A DNA stretch of 64,000 nt from Candidatus Methylopumilus sp. Its GTDB lineage: Bacteria; Pseudomonadota; Gammaproteobacteria; Burkholderiales; Methylophilaceae. The first letter of the stretch is position 1. Each line of letters starts with the position of its first letter. The notes below the pieces were generated by a model that was given only the letters and a program-made list of their open reading frames with translations, searched no databases and was not told the origin of the DNA. The stretch spans positions 10,576 to 74,575 of the forward strand of contig JAHEEA010000011.1 of the NCBI GenBank assembly GCA_024640945.1. The letters are read 5' to 3'. The position numbers and the translations under genes are program-made. Shown piece after piece: positions 10,354 through 20,629 of the stretch.

Positions 10354-11457
10354 ATGCTTATGCAAACATCCCCAATTAAATTTGAGCGTTTTCAGGCAAC
10401 AGCAGAAGCTGAATTGCAAGAGCGCATTGTTGCTGCCAAAAATAAGCTTGGTAAAAAGTTAGTGATTCTTGGGCATCATTATCAACAAGAAGGCGTTTAT
10501 CGCCATGCTGATTACACCGGTGACTCGCTTAAGCTTTCTCGTTTTGCAGGCGAAACCGATGCCGAATACATTGTATTTTTAGGTGTGCACTTTATGGCCG
10601 AAGTGGCGGATATTTTGTCACGTCCTGAGCAAATTTCAATCTTGCCTGATCTATCTGCGGGTTGTTCAATGGCCGACATGGCCAACCTTGCTAAAGTTGA
10701 GCGTTCACGCCGTGAGCTTTCTAAAGTGCTGGATTTTGATGAAGTCATTACTCCTGTCACTTACATTAACTCAGCGGCCGATTTGAAAGCTTTTTGCGGT
10801 GAGCATGGCGGTATTGTATGTACCTCAACCAATGCCCCTAAGATTTTAGAGTGGGCTTTCAAACAAAAAGAAAAAGTATTGTTCTTTCCTGACCAAAACT
10901 TGGGTCGTTGGAGTGGTTACAAAATGGGTATTCCACTCGATCAAATGCCGGTGTGGGATCCAGATCAGCCGATGGGTGGTTTGACCGAAGAGCAAATTAA
11001 AAATGCCAAGATTTTGTTATGGAAAGGCCATTGCGCTGTCCATCAAATGTTCCGTAAGCAAAACATCACTAAATTCCGTGCTGAACATCCTGACGGCATG
11101 GTCATTTCACATCCAGAATCGCCGTTTGAAGTTTGTTTGAACTCTGACTATGTGGGATCTACGGAATACATCTTAAAGACCGTTTCTGATGCGCCTGCGG
11201 GCACACATTGGTTGGTTGGTACCGAGCTTAACTTGGTTAATCGTTTAGCTGAGCAAATGAAATCGCAAGGAAAAACCGTACAGTTCATGTCGCATGTGAT
11301 TTGTGAATGCTCAACCATGGCACGCATAGACCCACAACACCTTGCTTGGACTTTGGAAAACTTAGTAGACGGCAATGTGGTGAATCAGATTAAAGTGCCA
11401 GCGCATGAGGCGGCACTGGCCAAATTAACACTAGACCGTATGCTCGAGGTTTCCTAA
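10354..11457 (+). CDS. nadA: Quinolinate synthase
   Basis: 367 aa; VILGHHYQ and GCSMADMA regions characteristic of NadA. Confidence 0.9.
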   Translation: MLMQTSPIKFERFQATAEAELQERIVAAKNKLGKKLVILGHHYQQEGVYRHADYTGDSLKLSRFAGETDAEYIVFLGVHFMAEVADILSRPEQISILPDLSAGCSMADMANLAKVERSRRELSKVLDFDEVITPVTYINSAADLKAFCGEHGGIVCTSTNAPKILEWAFKQKEKVLFFPDQNLGRWSGYKMGIPLDQMPVWDPDQPMGGLTEEQIKNAKILLWKGHCAVHQMFRKQNITKFRAEHPDGMVISHPESPFEVCLNSDYVGSTEYILKTVSDAPAGTHWLVGTELNLVNRLAEQMKSQGKTVQFMSHVICECSTMARIDPQHLAWTLENLVDGNVVNQIKVPAHEAALAKLTLDRMLEVS

Positions 11458-11474
11458 ATTTGATGGCGGATTAA

Positions 11475-12227
11475 GTGAATAAAACACTACACATCGCCAC
11501 CTTCAACATACACAAGGGCGTCACTCATTTTAGCGCCCGATTTTCTTTGCACCACCAACGCGAAATCCTTCGCAAAACCACTGCTGATATTGTTTTTTTA
11601 CAAGAAGTGCGCGATGTTCATGCTATGCATAGCAAGCGCTTTGAAGCTTGGCCAGAACAAGGGCAAGCTTCGTTTTTAGCGGAGGCGATTTGGCCAGATT
11701 ATGCTTACGGTAAAAATGCCGTTTATCCAGCGGGTCATCACGGTAATGCACTGCTTTCTAAGTTCCCAATTATCAACAGCCATAACGCTGACATTTCAGC
11801 GCACGCAACAGAAGAGCGCGGCATGTTGCATTGCGAAATTCAGGTGCCTGGTTGGGATGAGCCGCTTCATGCTATTTGTGTGCATTTAGGCTTATTTGCT
11901 AAATGGCGCCGAGCCCAGTTACATGCCATTGCTGAATACATTGATACACATGTGCCAAGCCATGCGCCTTTGATGATTGCTGGCGATTTCAATGATTGGA
12001 GCACCCGTGCAGGCGGTGGTTTTGCATCGCGATTAGATTTGCATGAAGTATTTGAACAGCATACAGGCAACCATGCGCGTAGCTTTCCTTCATGGATGCC
12101 ATTGTTGAAACTAGACCGTATTTATGTACGTGGATTTCACATTCGCCATGCTGAAATTCACTCAGGCGCTAGTTTCTTAAAAGTGTCTGACCACGTCATG
12201 CTCACTGCGACTTTGTATAAAAAATGA
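11475..12227 (+). CDS. Endonuclease/exonuclease/phosphatase family protein (YbhP-like)
   Basis: FNIHKG...VFLQEV...GDFND...SDH motifs of the EEP fold. Overlaps clsB by ATGA, mirroring the E. coli ybhP-clsB pair. Confidence 0.8.
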   Translation: MNKTLHIATFNIHKGVTHFSARFSLHHQREILRKTTADIVFLQEVRDVHAMHSKRFEAWPEQGQASFLAEAIWPDYAYGKNAVYPAGHHGNALLSKFPIINSHNADISAHATEERGMLHCEIQVPGWDEPLHAICVHLGLFAKWRRAQLHAIAEYIDTHVPSHAPLMIAGDFNDWSTRAGGGFASRLDLHEVFEQHTGNHARSFPSWMPLLKLDRIYVRGFHIRHAEIHSGASFLKVSDHVMLTATLYKK

Positions 12228-13387
12228 CCAACTTTATTGGTGGTAATCATCTTAAATTATTGCGTAACGGTGCAGAATATTTTCCTGCGCTAGAAGCAGC
12301 TATTCAGCATGCCCGCCATGAGATTTATTTAGAGACTTACATTTACCAAGAAGATGTGATTGGTCGTCGTATTGGTAATGCCTTAAAAAAAGCCGCGCAT
12401 CGTGGAGTAAAAGTTTATTTATTGCTCGATGGTTTTGGCAGTCAAGATTTCAGCATCACCTTTTTACAAGGCTTTCAATTGGCAGGCGTGAATGTCATGT
12501 TCTACCGCCAAAAAATCTCACCTTGGACCTTCAAAAAAAATCGCTTGCGGCGCTTGCACCGCAAAGTCGTCGTCATCGATGGAAAAGTTGGATTTGTCGG
12601 TGGCATTAATATTATTGATGACAATAACGTGCCTGAAGAAGCCTCTCCAAGAGTCGATTATGCCGTGGAGATTCGAGGTGCATTATTAGCGCCACTTTTG
12701 GATAGTGTTCAAAAACTTTGGAAGCATTTAGCATGGCTGCAATTAAGAAAAGTTTCTCAACAATATGCCAGTGCAAAAACTAAATTGGATTCGAAATATA
12801 AAGAAGTTAAAGCCGCTTTGGTGTTGCGTGACAATGTGTTGCATAGGCGTGATATTGAAGAAGCTTATCTTGAAGCCATCGCCAATGCGAAAGAAGAAAT
12901 TATTATCGCTAATTCTTACTTCGTGCCGGGTTGGCGTTTCCGCAAAGCTTTAATCGATGCAGCTGACCGTGGTGTGTCTGTTAAGCTGTTATTGCAAGGA
13001 CGTATAGAGTACTTGGTGATGTTAGCCACGCATGCTTTTTATAGCACTTTTTTAGCGCATGGCATCGAGATTTACGAATACCGTAAAAGCTTTATGCACA
13101 GCAAGGTTGCCGTGATCGATCAAGAGTGGGCAACAGTAGGCTCATCTAACATTGATCCGTTTAGTTTGTTGTTAGCACGTGAGGCTAATGTGATGGTGCG
13201 CGATCATTTCTTTGCAGAAGAATTACGAGCCAGTGTTTTGCAATCCATACAGGATGGAGCAATAGAAATTAGCCCACAAGCATGGGTACGTGGCAATCTA
13301 AAGCACCGCATATTTTCATGGATAGTTTATGGCGTATTGCGAATCGTGCTCGGTGTGATTGGACGTGCTGAGGATTGGCGAAAATAA
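12224..13387 (+). CDS. clsB: Cardiolipin synthase ClsB (phospholipase D family)
   Basis: Two HKD motifs, HRKVVVIDG..GGINI and HSKVAVIDQ..GSSNI. No N-terminal TM helices, as in ClsB. Confidence 0.85.
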   Translation: MTNFIGGNHLKLLRNGAEYFPALEAAIQHARHEIYLETYIYQEDVIGRRIGNALKKAAHRGVKVYLLLDGFGSQDFSITFLQGFQLAGVNVMFYRQKISPWTFKKNRLRRLHRKVVVIDGKVGFVGGINIIDDNNVPEEASPRVDYAVEIRGALLAPLLDSVQKLWKHLAWLQLRKVSQQYASAKTKLDSKYKEVKAALVLRDNVLHRRDIEEAYLEAIANAKEEIIIANSYFVPGWRFRKALIDAADRGVSVKLLLQGRIEYLVMLATHAFYSTFLAHGIEIYEYRKSFMHSKVAVIDQEWATVGSSNIDPFSLLLAREANVMVRDHFFAEELRASVLQSIQDGAIEISPQAWVRGNLKHRIFSWIVYGVLRIVLGVIGRAEDWRK

Positions 13388-13410
13388 AAAAGCGCATTAA
13401 GCGCTTTTTT
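13386..13410. terminator. Bidirectional terminator between convergent genes
   Basis: A6-gcgc-attaa-gcgc-T6 symmetric hairpin. Confidence 0.65.
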
Positions 13411-13422
13411 ATTTGTTTGAGA

Positions 13423-13842
13423 CTATTTCTTTTTAGCTGGTGTAGGGTTGGTGTTAAGTGGTGAAACAGTAATCGTAATCTTTGATGCCATGCTCAGCGC
13501 AGAGCCTTCAGCTACTTCAACAGTTACAGATTTTTTAGCATTCGTAAAAACAATGATGCTGTTTTTTGACTTGGTTGATGACAGCAAAGTCCATCCAGCT
13601 TGCGGATAACGCTCTACAAAAAAGGCAACCGTATCGCTAGCTGATAAAGGTGAATAAAGCTCTAAACGACCAACCCACGCCTCACCTTCACCTAAAATTA
13701 GTGAGTTTTCATTTAATACACGTGCATCTTTTGGTAGTGGAAATTCAGCCATCATGGCTGGATTTAATTTGCTAGCACTCTCAGTATTATGGGTGATGAC
13801 CCCGCCGCCGCCAGCACACGCTGCAAGAATGGCTGTAATCAT
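13423..13842 (-). CDS. Hypothetical lipoprotein
   Basis: Lipobox ILAAC close to the N-terminus. The ATG-defined signal peptide is too short, so the true start is uncertain (see findings). Confidence 0.55.
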   Translation of the reverse strand: MITAILAACAGGGGVITHNTESASKLNPAMMAEFPLPKDARVLNENSLILGEGEAWVGRLELYSPLSASDTVAFFVERYPQAGWTLLSSTKSKNSIIVFTNAKKSVTVEVAEGSALSMASKITITVSPLNTNPTPAKKK

Positions 13843-14013
13843 TGAGATGAAAAGGATGCGATAGAAATTAATTTTAGTACTCCAAAAGCTATTAAGTTAA
13901 TCTGATTCTAATCGCAATCAAAAAGTCTATCTAGTTTTTTGTCTCTTGTAGTTCATATCTGTCATTTCAAATCACGATATAATCGTGATAATTAAAAGTA
14001 AAAGGCTAGTGCG

Positions 14014-14391
14014 ATGAATAAATTATGTATGAAATTAAGTTTACTCTTTTTGGCATTCTCATTCGTTTCAGCTTGCAGTTCATTGGATAAAGTTAAAGAT
14101 GTGAACTTGTGGCCATTTGGTAACGGTGGCGATGCACCCCGTGCTTATAAGCCTGCTAACTCAACTGAGTATGCATGTGAAAAAGGTAAGAAATTTTATG
14201 TGCGTACTTTAGATAACGGTGCGAATGTTTGGTTGATGCTTTCAGATCGGGAAGTGCTGTTGCCTAGAGTTGGAACTGAAAAAGTTTATAGCAACGGTAT
14301 TAGTCGTTTAGATATGACAGGCGCTGATGTGAGCTTGGAAGCGAATGCAGACAATCGTTATATCGGCTGTAAAGTAGTTCCAATTAAATAA
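14014..14391 (+). CDS. Lipoprotein, MliC-like (lysozyme-inhibitor fold suspected)
   Basis: Signal peptide with lipobox VSAC. The Y-x-C...C spacing and 125-aa size resemble MliC-family proteins. Weak assignment. Confidence 0.45.
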   Translation: MNKLCMKLSLLFLAFSFVSACSSLDKVKDVNLWPFGNGGDAPRAYKPANSTEYACEKGKKFYVRTLDNGANVWLMLSDREVLLPRVGTEKVYSNGISRLDMTGADVSLEANADNRYIGCKVVPIK

Positions 14392-14407
14392 GCTTAAAGA
14401 AGGTTAG

Positions 14408-14830
14408 ATGATGAAAAGTTATCGTAAAGAACTTTGGTTTAATCCACCGACCCGCGTTGCTCTGATTAATATTACTCAGCAGGTGAATGAGTGCTTGCGT
14501 GAGAGTGGTGTGCGTGAGGGTTTGGTCTTGGTGAATGCGATGCATATTACAGCCAGTGTCTTTATTAATGATGATGAGTCTGGCTTGCATCACGATTATA
14601 AAGAATGGTTAGAGCGCCTTGCGCCACATGAGCCTATTCGCAATTACCGCCATAACGATACTGGTGAAGACAATGCGGATGCGCATATGAAACGTCAAAT
14701 TATGGGGCGTGAAGTAGTAGTGGCCATTACTGAAGGTCGTTTAGATTTCGGCCCGTGGGAACAGATTTTTTACGGTGAGTTTGATGGCCGTCGTAAAAAG
14801 CGTGTCTTAGTAAAAATTATTGGTGAATAA
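14408..14830 (+). CDS. yjbQ: YjbQ/UPF0047 family protein (secondary thiamine-phosphate synthase-like)
   Basis: Characteristic ...[16 protein letters not shown]... and DNADAHMK motifs; 140 aa. Confidence 0.85.
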   Translation: MMKSYRKELWFNPPTRVALINITQQVNECLRESGVREGLVLVNAMHITASVFINDDESGLHHDYKEWLERLAPHEPIRNYRHNDTGEDNADAHMKRQIMGREVVVAITEGRLDFGPWEQIFYGEFDGRRKKRVLVKIIGE

Positions 14831-14857
14831 GCAGTTTTAGTTAAAGGTTTTGAAATA

Positions 14858-16204
14858 ATGAAAGTTCCAGAGTTACTCGCGCCAGCTGGCGATTTGGATA
14901 GGATGCGTACCGCATTCGATTTTGGTGCAGATGCGGTTTATGCGGGTCAGCCACGCTACAGTCTTCGTGCTAGAAATAATGATTTTTCAATGGCGAATAT
15001 TGAGCTTGGTATCAATGAGGCGCATGCGCGAGGTAAAAAGTTTTTTGTGGCGAGTAATATTCTTCCGCATAACGCCAAAATTAAAACGTATATGGCTGAT
15101 ATGGAGCCAGTGGTAGCGATGAAACCCGATGCTTTGATTATGGCTGACCCTGGTTTGATTATGATGGTGCGTGAGAAGTGGCCTGAGATTGATGTGCATC
15201 TTTCAGTGCAAGCGAATACTGTTAATTATGCCGCGGTTAAATTTTGGAAAGCTTTGGGACTAACGCGTGTAATTTTATCGCGTGAATTATCGATTGATGA
15301 GATTGAAGAAGTTCGTCAGCTTTGCCCAGATATGGAATTGGAAGTATTTGTACACGGCGCTTTGTGTATTGCGTATTCAGGTCGTTGTTTGTTGTCTGGT
15401 TACTTTAATCATCGCGATCCTAATCAAGGTACATGTACCAATAGTTGCCGTTGGGATTACAAAGTACATGACGCCAATGAAGATGCTGCGGGTGTTATTC
15501 GTTTGCAAGATTTCGATTTTAAAGCTGAGATGGAAAAGTCTAGTTTATCGAGTTGCGGCAGTATGCAGCGTCACCCTGAAGCGGATAAAGTTTATTTGAT
15601 CGAAGAAAAAGATCGTCCAGGTGATTTGTTGCCGATTATGGAAGATGAGCACGGCACTTATATTATGAATAGTAAAGATTTGCGTGCGATTGAGCATGTG
15701 GAACGCTTGACTAAGATTGGTGTAGATTCGCTGAAAATTGAAGGCCGTACTAAATCTCGTTATTACGTGGCACGTACAGCGCAAGCTTATCGTAGAGCGA
15801 TTGATGATGCAGTGGCTGACCGACCGTTTGATATGAATTTACTTGGTGAATTGGAAAGCTTAGCGAATCGTGGGTATACCGATGGTTTCTTGGAACGTCA
15901 CCATACGGAAGACCATCAAAATTATATGCAAGGCTATTCAAAATCTAATCGCAGTTTGTATGTAGGCGATATCGTGGCCTACGACGAGACCAAAGGCTTG
16001 GCTGATATTTCAGTGAAAAATCGTTTTGCTGTAGGTGACCGTTTGGAGATTGTGCATCCGAGTGGTAATCGTGAAATTATTGTGGAAAGCATGCTAAATA
16101 AAAAAGGTGAGCCTGTCACTGAAGCTGCGGGTAGCGGCATTTTCGTGAAGCTGCCTTTGCCAGCCGCCGATTTACAAAACGCCATGTTGGCGCGATATTT
16201 ATAA
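14858..16204 (+). CDS. yegQ: U32-family peptidase-like protein (YegQ/TrhP type)
   Basis: U32 signature EVFVHGALCIAYSGRC. The 448-aa length is like YegQ. Confidence 0.8.
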   Translation: MKVPELLAPAGDLDRMRTAFDFGADAVYAGQPRYSLRARNNDFSMANIELGINEAHARGKKFFVASNILPHNAKIKTYMADMEPVVAMKPDALIMADPGLIMMVREKWPEIDVHLSVQANTVNYAAVKFWKALGLTRVILSRELSIDEIEEVRQLCPDMELEVFVHGALCIAYSGRCLLSGYFNHRDPNQGTCTNSCRWDYKVHDANEDAAGVIRLQDFDFKAEMEKSSLSSCGSMQRHPEADKVYLIEEKDRPGDLLPIMEDEHGTYIMNSKDLRAIEHVERLTKIGVDSLKIEGRTKSRYYVARTAQAYRRAIDDAVADRPFDMNLLGELESLANRGYTDGFLERHHTEDHQNYMQGYSKSNRSLYVGDIVAYDETKGLADISVKNRFAVGDRLEIVHPSGNREIIVESMLNKKGEPVTEAAGSGIFVKLPLPAADLQNAMLARYL

Positions 16205-16216
16205 AAAATATCATGT

Positions 16217-16245
16217 AAAAAGGCGCTTCATTAAGCGCCTTTTTT
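16217..16245 (+). terminator. Rho-independent terminator
   Basis: Stem aggcgctt / aagcgcct, 4-nt loop, A-run and T-run flanks. Confidence 0.85.
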
Positions 16246-16282
16246 ATTGGTTCGGATAGTTGGAAATATTAGGAAGAAATAA

Positions 16283-17200
16283 ATGAGTGCTTCAAAATCA
16301 ACAACACTTAAAGCCTTTGCGGCTTTGCTATTACTCTCTATTTTTTGGGGTTATAACTGGGTCGTGATGAAATATGCTCTGCTCGATGCAGGCCCTTTTC
16401 AGTTTGGCGCAATGCGTACTCTTTTGGGGGCGTTGTGTTTAATGGCGGTGATGCTGGTCTTGAAAAGACCTATGCGACCAAGGGAATTTCCGACGCTCGT
16501 TTTGTTAGGTATCTTACAAACCTGTGGATTTACCGGCCTACTCATTTGGGCTCTGGTTTATGGAGGTGCAGGTAAAACTGCTGTGTTGACTTACACCATG
16601 CCTTTTTGGGTGATGGTGTTGGCTTGGCCTTTGCTCGGTGAAAAAATACGCGGCATACAATGGATTGCTGTTCTGGCATCTGTGATTGGATTGTTACTGA
16701 TATTTGATCCATTACATTTAGGAAGTGATGTTTTTAGTATGTATTTGGCGATTTTGTCGGGGATATTTTGGGCGCTGGCAGTAATCATCGCTAAGAAATT
16801 GCATCGTAAAGTGCCAGATATTGATCTCTTGTCACTTACGGCATGGCAAATGTTAATGGGTTCTTTGCCCTTAGTTGCTTTAGCTTTTATTGTAGAGGCG
16901 CCACCGATTGATTGGACGCATCGTTTATTTGCTGCCATTACTTTTAATGCTGTTTTCTGTAATGCATTGGCTTGGTTGCTTTGGTTGTATGCTTTGCAAA
17001 GACTTGCGGCAGGTGTGGCAAGTATGACCTCAATGCTAGCCCCTTTAATTGGGGTGATTGCGGCATGGATGCAGCTGGGTGAAAAGCCTACATTCATTGA
17101 GTTATGGGGCATGGCTTTTATTGCAATGGCGTTGCTAATCATCTCAGTTCAAACTATTCGAACGCATAACCAAATAGAGCCTGCGATGGGGCAGGATTAA
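16283..17200 (+). CDS. EamA/DMT-family transporter
   Basis: 305 aa with about ten TM helices in two EamA-like halves. Confidence 0.8.
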   Translation: MSASKSTTLKAFAALLLLSIFWGYNWVVMKYALLDAGPFQFGAMRTLLGALCLMAVMLVLKRPMRPREFPTLVLLGILQTCGFTGLLIWALVYGGAGKTAVLTYTMPFWVMVLAWPLLGEKIRGIQWIAVLASVIGLLLIFDPLHLGSDVFSMYLAILSGIFWALAVIIAKKLHRKVPDIDLLSLTAWQMLMGSLPLVALAFIVEAPPIDWTHRLFAAITFNAVFCNALAWLLWLYALQRLAAGVASMTSMLAPLIGVIAAWMQLGEKPTFIELWGMAFIAMALLIISVQTIRTHNQIEPAMGQD

Positions 17201-17282
17201 AATCACTCCCTATTTACCACAGCTAATTTGATAGGCTCTTATGGTAAAATCCTTTTATTTATTAGCTATTAAGGGTTAGGTC

Positions 17283-18008
17283 ATGGCAGGGCATTCCAAG
17301 TGGGCCAATATTCAGCATCGCAAAGGCCGTCAAGATGCTAAACGCGGCAAAATTTTCACACGTTTAATTAAAGAAATTACAGTAGCTGCTCGTATGGGCG
17401 GTGCCGATGTGGGAACTAACCCACGTTTGCGTATGGCAGTGGATAAAGCTAAAGGCGAATCCATGCCTAAAGATAATATTGAAAATGCGATTAAGCGCGG
17501 TGCGGGCACACTTGAAGGTGTGAATTACGAAGAAATTCGTTATGAAGGTTATGGTATTAGTGGCGCAGCCGTTATTGTGGATTGTTTAACTGATAATCGT
17601 AATCGAGCCGTTGCTGATGTGCGTCATGCGTTCACTAAATTTGGCGGCAATTTAGGTACTGATGGTTCAGTGGCATTTATGTTTAAACATTGCGGCAGTT
17701 TGTTATTTGCACCAGGCACGAATGAAGATCAGGTGATGGAAGCCGCATTGGAAGCAGGCGCTGAAGATATTATCAATAACGATGATGGCAGTATTGAAGT
17801 GATTACAACGCCAGCAGATTTCTCTGCGGTAAAAGATGCGTTGGAAGCGGCTGGTTTAAATGCGGTGCTCGCTGAAGTGACAATGAAGGCGGATAACGAA
17901 ACCGTATTTACCGGTGATGATGCAGTGAAAATGCAGAAATTGCTTGATGCCTTAGATGACTTGGATGATGTGCAAGAGATTTACACCTCAGCGGTCATCG
18001 AAGAATAG
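17283..18008 (+). CDS. yebC: YebC/PmpR-family DNA-binding regulator
   Basis: Canonical N-terminus [26 protein letters not shown]. Precedes ruvC as in E. coli. Confidence 0.92.
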   Translation: MAGHSKWANIQHRKGRQDAKRGKIFTRLIKEITVAARMGGADVGTNPRLRMAVDKAKGESMPKDNIENAIKRGAGTLEGVNYEEIRYEGYGISGAAVIVDCLTDNRNRAVADVRHAFTKFGGNLGTDGSVAFMFKHCGSLLFAPGTNEDQVMEAALEAGAEDIINNDDGSIEVITTPADFSAVKDALEAAGLNAVLAEVTMKADNETVFTGDDAVKMQKLLDALDDLDDVQEIYTSAVIEE

Positions 18009-18574
18009 TGAGTTTGAGTAGCGCACCAGCGAATGTCGTGAGAATTTTGGGAATAGACCCAGGCTTACGACTCACTGGTTTTGGCGTAATTGAGAAGCTC
18101 AGCGAGAAAATTACCTATATCGCGAGCGGTACGATTAAAACAGCCAGCGCAAAAACCGAAGATAGGGAAGAATTGCCCGCCCGTTTAAAAATTATTTTAG
18201 ATGGTTTGTTTGAAGTCATTGATACTTATCAGCCCGATGAAGTGGCGATTGAAAAAGTGTTCGTGAACGTGAATCCACAATCGACTTTGTTATTGGGTCA
18301 GGCTCGCGGTGCTGCCATTAGTGCGGCAGTGATTAGAAATTTAAGCGTTGCAGAATATACTGCCTTGCAAGTCAAACAATCGGTTGTTGGTAACGGGCAT
18401 GCTGCTAAGGAGCAAGTGCAAGAGATGGTGAAACGTTTACTTAAATTACCGATGACGCCAAAACCTGATTCTGCTGATGCTTTAGCTTGTGCGATTTGTC
18501 ATGCACATGGTGGTCAAGGGATGGGTAAGTTGGCGACAGCAGGCTTCCGCGTGAAAGGTGGACGATTAGTATGA
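18008..18574 (+). CDS. ruvC: Holliday junction resolvase RuvC
   Basis: [16 protein letters not shown] catalytic N-terminus. GTG start shares 1 nt with the yebC stop; an alternative GTG at 18038 would give an E. coli-like N-terminus. Confidence 0.9.
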   Translation: MSLSSAPANVVRILGIDPGLRLTGFGVIEKLSEKITYIASGTIKTASAKTEDREELPARLKIILDGLFEVIDTYQPDEVAIEKVFVNVNPQSTLLLGQARGAAISAAVIRNLSVAEYTALQVKQSVVGNGHAAKEQVQEMVKRLLKLPMTPKPDSADALACAICHAHGGQGMGKLATAGFRVKGGRLV

Positions 18575-19149
18575 TTGCACGATTAAAAGGGGTTTTGATC
18601 GAGAAAACACCACCGTTTGTTGTGCTCGATTGCAATGGAGTTGGTTATGAATGTGAAGTGCCTATGGGTACTTTTTATAACTTGCCTGCCATTGATGATG
18701 TGGTCACTTTATTGACACATTTTGTGGTGCGTGAAGATGCACAATTACTTTATGGTTTTGGTACTGAGCGTGAGCGCGCAACATTCCGACAATTGCTGAA
18801 AGTGAATGGCATTGGTGCTAAATCTGCCTTATCTATTTTAAGTGGTTTGTCTGTTGAAGATTTGATTCAGGCCGTTGCATTACAAGATACTGCAATGCTC
18901 ACGCGCATACCGGGCGTTGGTAAAAAAACAGCAGAACGTTTGCTGCTTGAGCTGAAAGATAAATTCTCGATTGAAGGGATCGCTGCAACCCCAGGCGCTC
19001 CAAAATCAGCAGCCAGTGATGTCTTGAATGCTTTGGTTTCTTTAGGTTATAACGAAAAAGAAGCCTTGCTCGCTGTCAAACAACTCGCCCCTGATGTTGG
19101 GGTGTCTGAAGGCATTAAACTCGCATTGAAGGCCTTGTCTAAATCATGA
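18571..19149 (+). CDS. ruvA: Holliday junction branch migration complex subunit RuvA
   Basis: MIARLKG...GVGY N-terminus and HhH motifs ([12 protein letters not shown]). ATGA overlap with ruvC. Confidence 0.93.
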   Translation: MIARLKGVLIEKTPPFVVLDCNGVGYECEVPMGTFYNLPAIDDVVTLLTHFVVREDAQLLYGFGTERERATFRQLLKVNGIGAKSALSILSGLSVEDLIQAVALQDTAMLTRIPGVGKKTAERLLLELKDKFSIEGIAATPGAPKSAASDVLNALVSLGYNEKEALLAVKQLAPDVGVSEGIKLALKALSKS

Positions 19150-20195
19150 TTGAAGCCGATCGCCTCATTGCTACTGAGCCGTTAAGTCAGCAAGAAGAAA
19201 CGCTGGAGCGAGCTTTACGTCCTAAGGTATTAGATGAGTATGTTGGACAAGAAAAAGCGCGTGGGCAGCTTGAAATTTTTATTAATGCAGCACGTGGGCG
19301 TAGCGAGCCGTTAGATCACGTTTTATTATTTGGGCCGCCTGGCTTAGGTAAGACGACATTAGCGCATATTATTGCCAAAGAGATGGGCGTGAATATGCGC
19401 CAAACCTCTGGTCCTGTGCTTGAGCGGGCGGGGGATTTGGCTGCCTTACTAACCAATCTTGAACCTAATGACGTACTTTTTATTGATGAAATCCATCGCT
19501 TATCCCCAGTAGTTGAAGAGATTTTGTATCCAGCCATGGAAGACTATCGTCTGGATATTATGATTGGTGAAGGTCCAGCAGCGCGTTCTGTTCGATTGGA
19601 CTTGCCTCCATTTACGCTGGTGGGTGCGACCACAAGAGCTGGCATGTTAACGAATCCTTTGCGTGATCGTTTTGGTATTGTGTCTCGACTTGAATTTTAT
19701 ACTTCTGATGAATTGGCCCGGATTGTTTCGCGTTCAGCTGGTTTGTTAGAAGTGGATATGCAAGGTGATGGAGCTTTAGAAATTGCTAAACGTTCGCGTG
19801 GCACCCCTCGAATAGCCAACCGTTTATTACGTCGTGTGCGTGATTACGCGCAAGTAAAATCAGATGGTGTCGTGACTTCTGCAATTGCAGATGCCGCACT
19901 CAAAATGCTGGATGTTGATCAGCTGGGTTTTGATGTGATGGACAGAAAATTATTGCTGGCTGTGCTTGAGAAGTTTAATGGCGGTCCAGTAGGTTTGGAT
20001 AATCTGGCTGCAGCCATTGGTGAAGAGCGAGATACTATTGAAGATGTATTAGAACCCTATTTAATCCAACAAGGTTATTTAATGCGCACGCCACGTGGAC
20101 GTGTGGCTACTCAGCAAGCTTATCAACATTTTGGTTTGCCTGTCCCTAAGGCGCTTGCTTCAGGAGATGTGTGGGCAACAGAGGGCGGAAATTGA
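19146..20195 (+). CDS. ruvB: Holliday junction branch migration ATPase RuvB
   Basis: Walker [10 protein letters not shown], Walker [10 protein letters not shown], winged-helix C-terminus. Confidence 0.97.
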   Translation: MIEADRLIATEPLSQQEETLERALRPKVLDEYVGQEKARGQLEIFINAARGRSEPLDHVLLFGPPGLGKTTLAHIIAKEMGVNMRQTSGPVLERAGDLAALLTNLEPNDVLFIDEIHRLSPVVEEILYPAMEDYRLDIMIGEGPAARSVRLDLPPFTLVGATTRAGMLTNPLRDRFGIVSRLEFYTSDELARIVSRSAGLLEVDMQGDGALEIAKRSRGTPRIANRLLRRVRDYAQVKSDGVVTSAIADAALKMLDVDQLGFDVMDRKLLLAVLEKFNGGPVGLDNLAAAIGEERDTIEDVLEPYLIQQGYLMRTPRGRVATQQAYQHFGLPVPKALASGDVWATEGGN

Positions 20196-20197
20196 GT

Positions 20198-20593
20198 ATG
20201 CAATTTGAATGGCCTGTGCAGGTTTACTGGGAAGATACAGATGCAGGCGGGGTGGTTTATCACAGCCAATATTTGAATTTTATGGAACGTGCACGTACTG
20301 AATGGTTAAGACATTTGGGCTTTATTCAGACTGAAATGCGAGAGACGCTTGGTGTTTTATTTGTGGTGCGTCATATTGATATGCATTATAAAAAACCAGC
20401 AAAATTCGATGACGCGTTGATAGTGCGTACTTGCTTAATTAATCAAGGACGTAGTTTTATTACTTTTGAGCAGTCTATTCTACGTGGTGAAGAAATGTTA
20501 ACTTCGGCCATGATTAAAGTGGTGTGTATTGATGCAGAAAAATTTAAGCCAGTGAGTATTCCAAAGTTAATGTTACAACGTTTTGAGTGTTAA
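20198..20593 (+). CDS. ybgC: Tol-Pal-associated acyl-CoA thioesterase YbgC
   Basis: 4HBT hot-dog motif VYWEDTDAGGVVYH. Sits directly before tolQ. ATG 20198 is preferred over GTG 20171, which overlaps ruvB. Confidence 0.85.
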   Translation: MQFEWPVQVYWEDTDAGGVVYHSQYLNFMERARTEWLRHLGFIQTEMRETLGVLFVVRHIDMHYKKPAKFDDALIVRTCLINQGRSFITFEQSILRGEEMLTSAMIKVVCIDAEKFKPVSIPKLMLQRFEC

Positions 20594-20629
20594 TTAAGCG
20601 ATTCGCTAGAACTAAAAAATAACGGAGAA

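Noticed and set aside
16591-17142. 183-aa ORF on the minus strand
   Set aside because: It lies entirely antisense to a convincing 10-TM EamA transporter gene. The translation is not protein-like, and there is no RBS or independent context.
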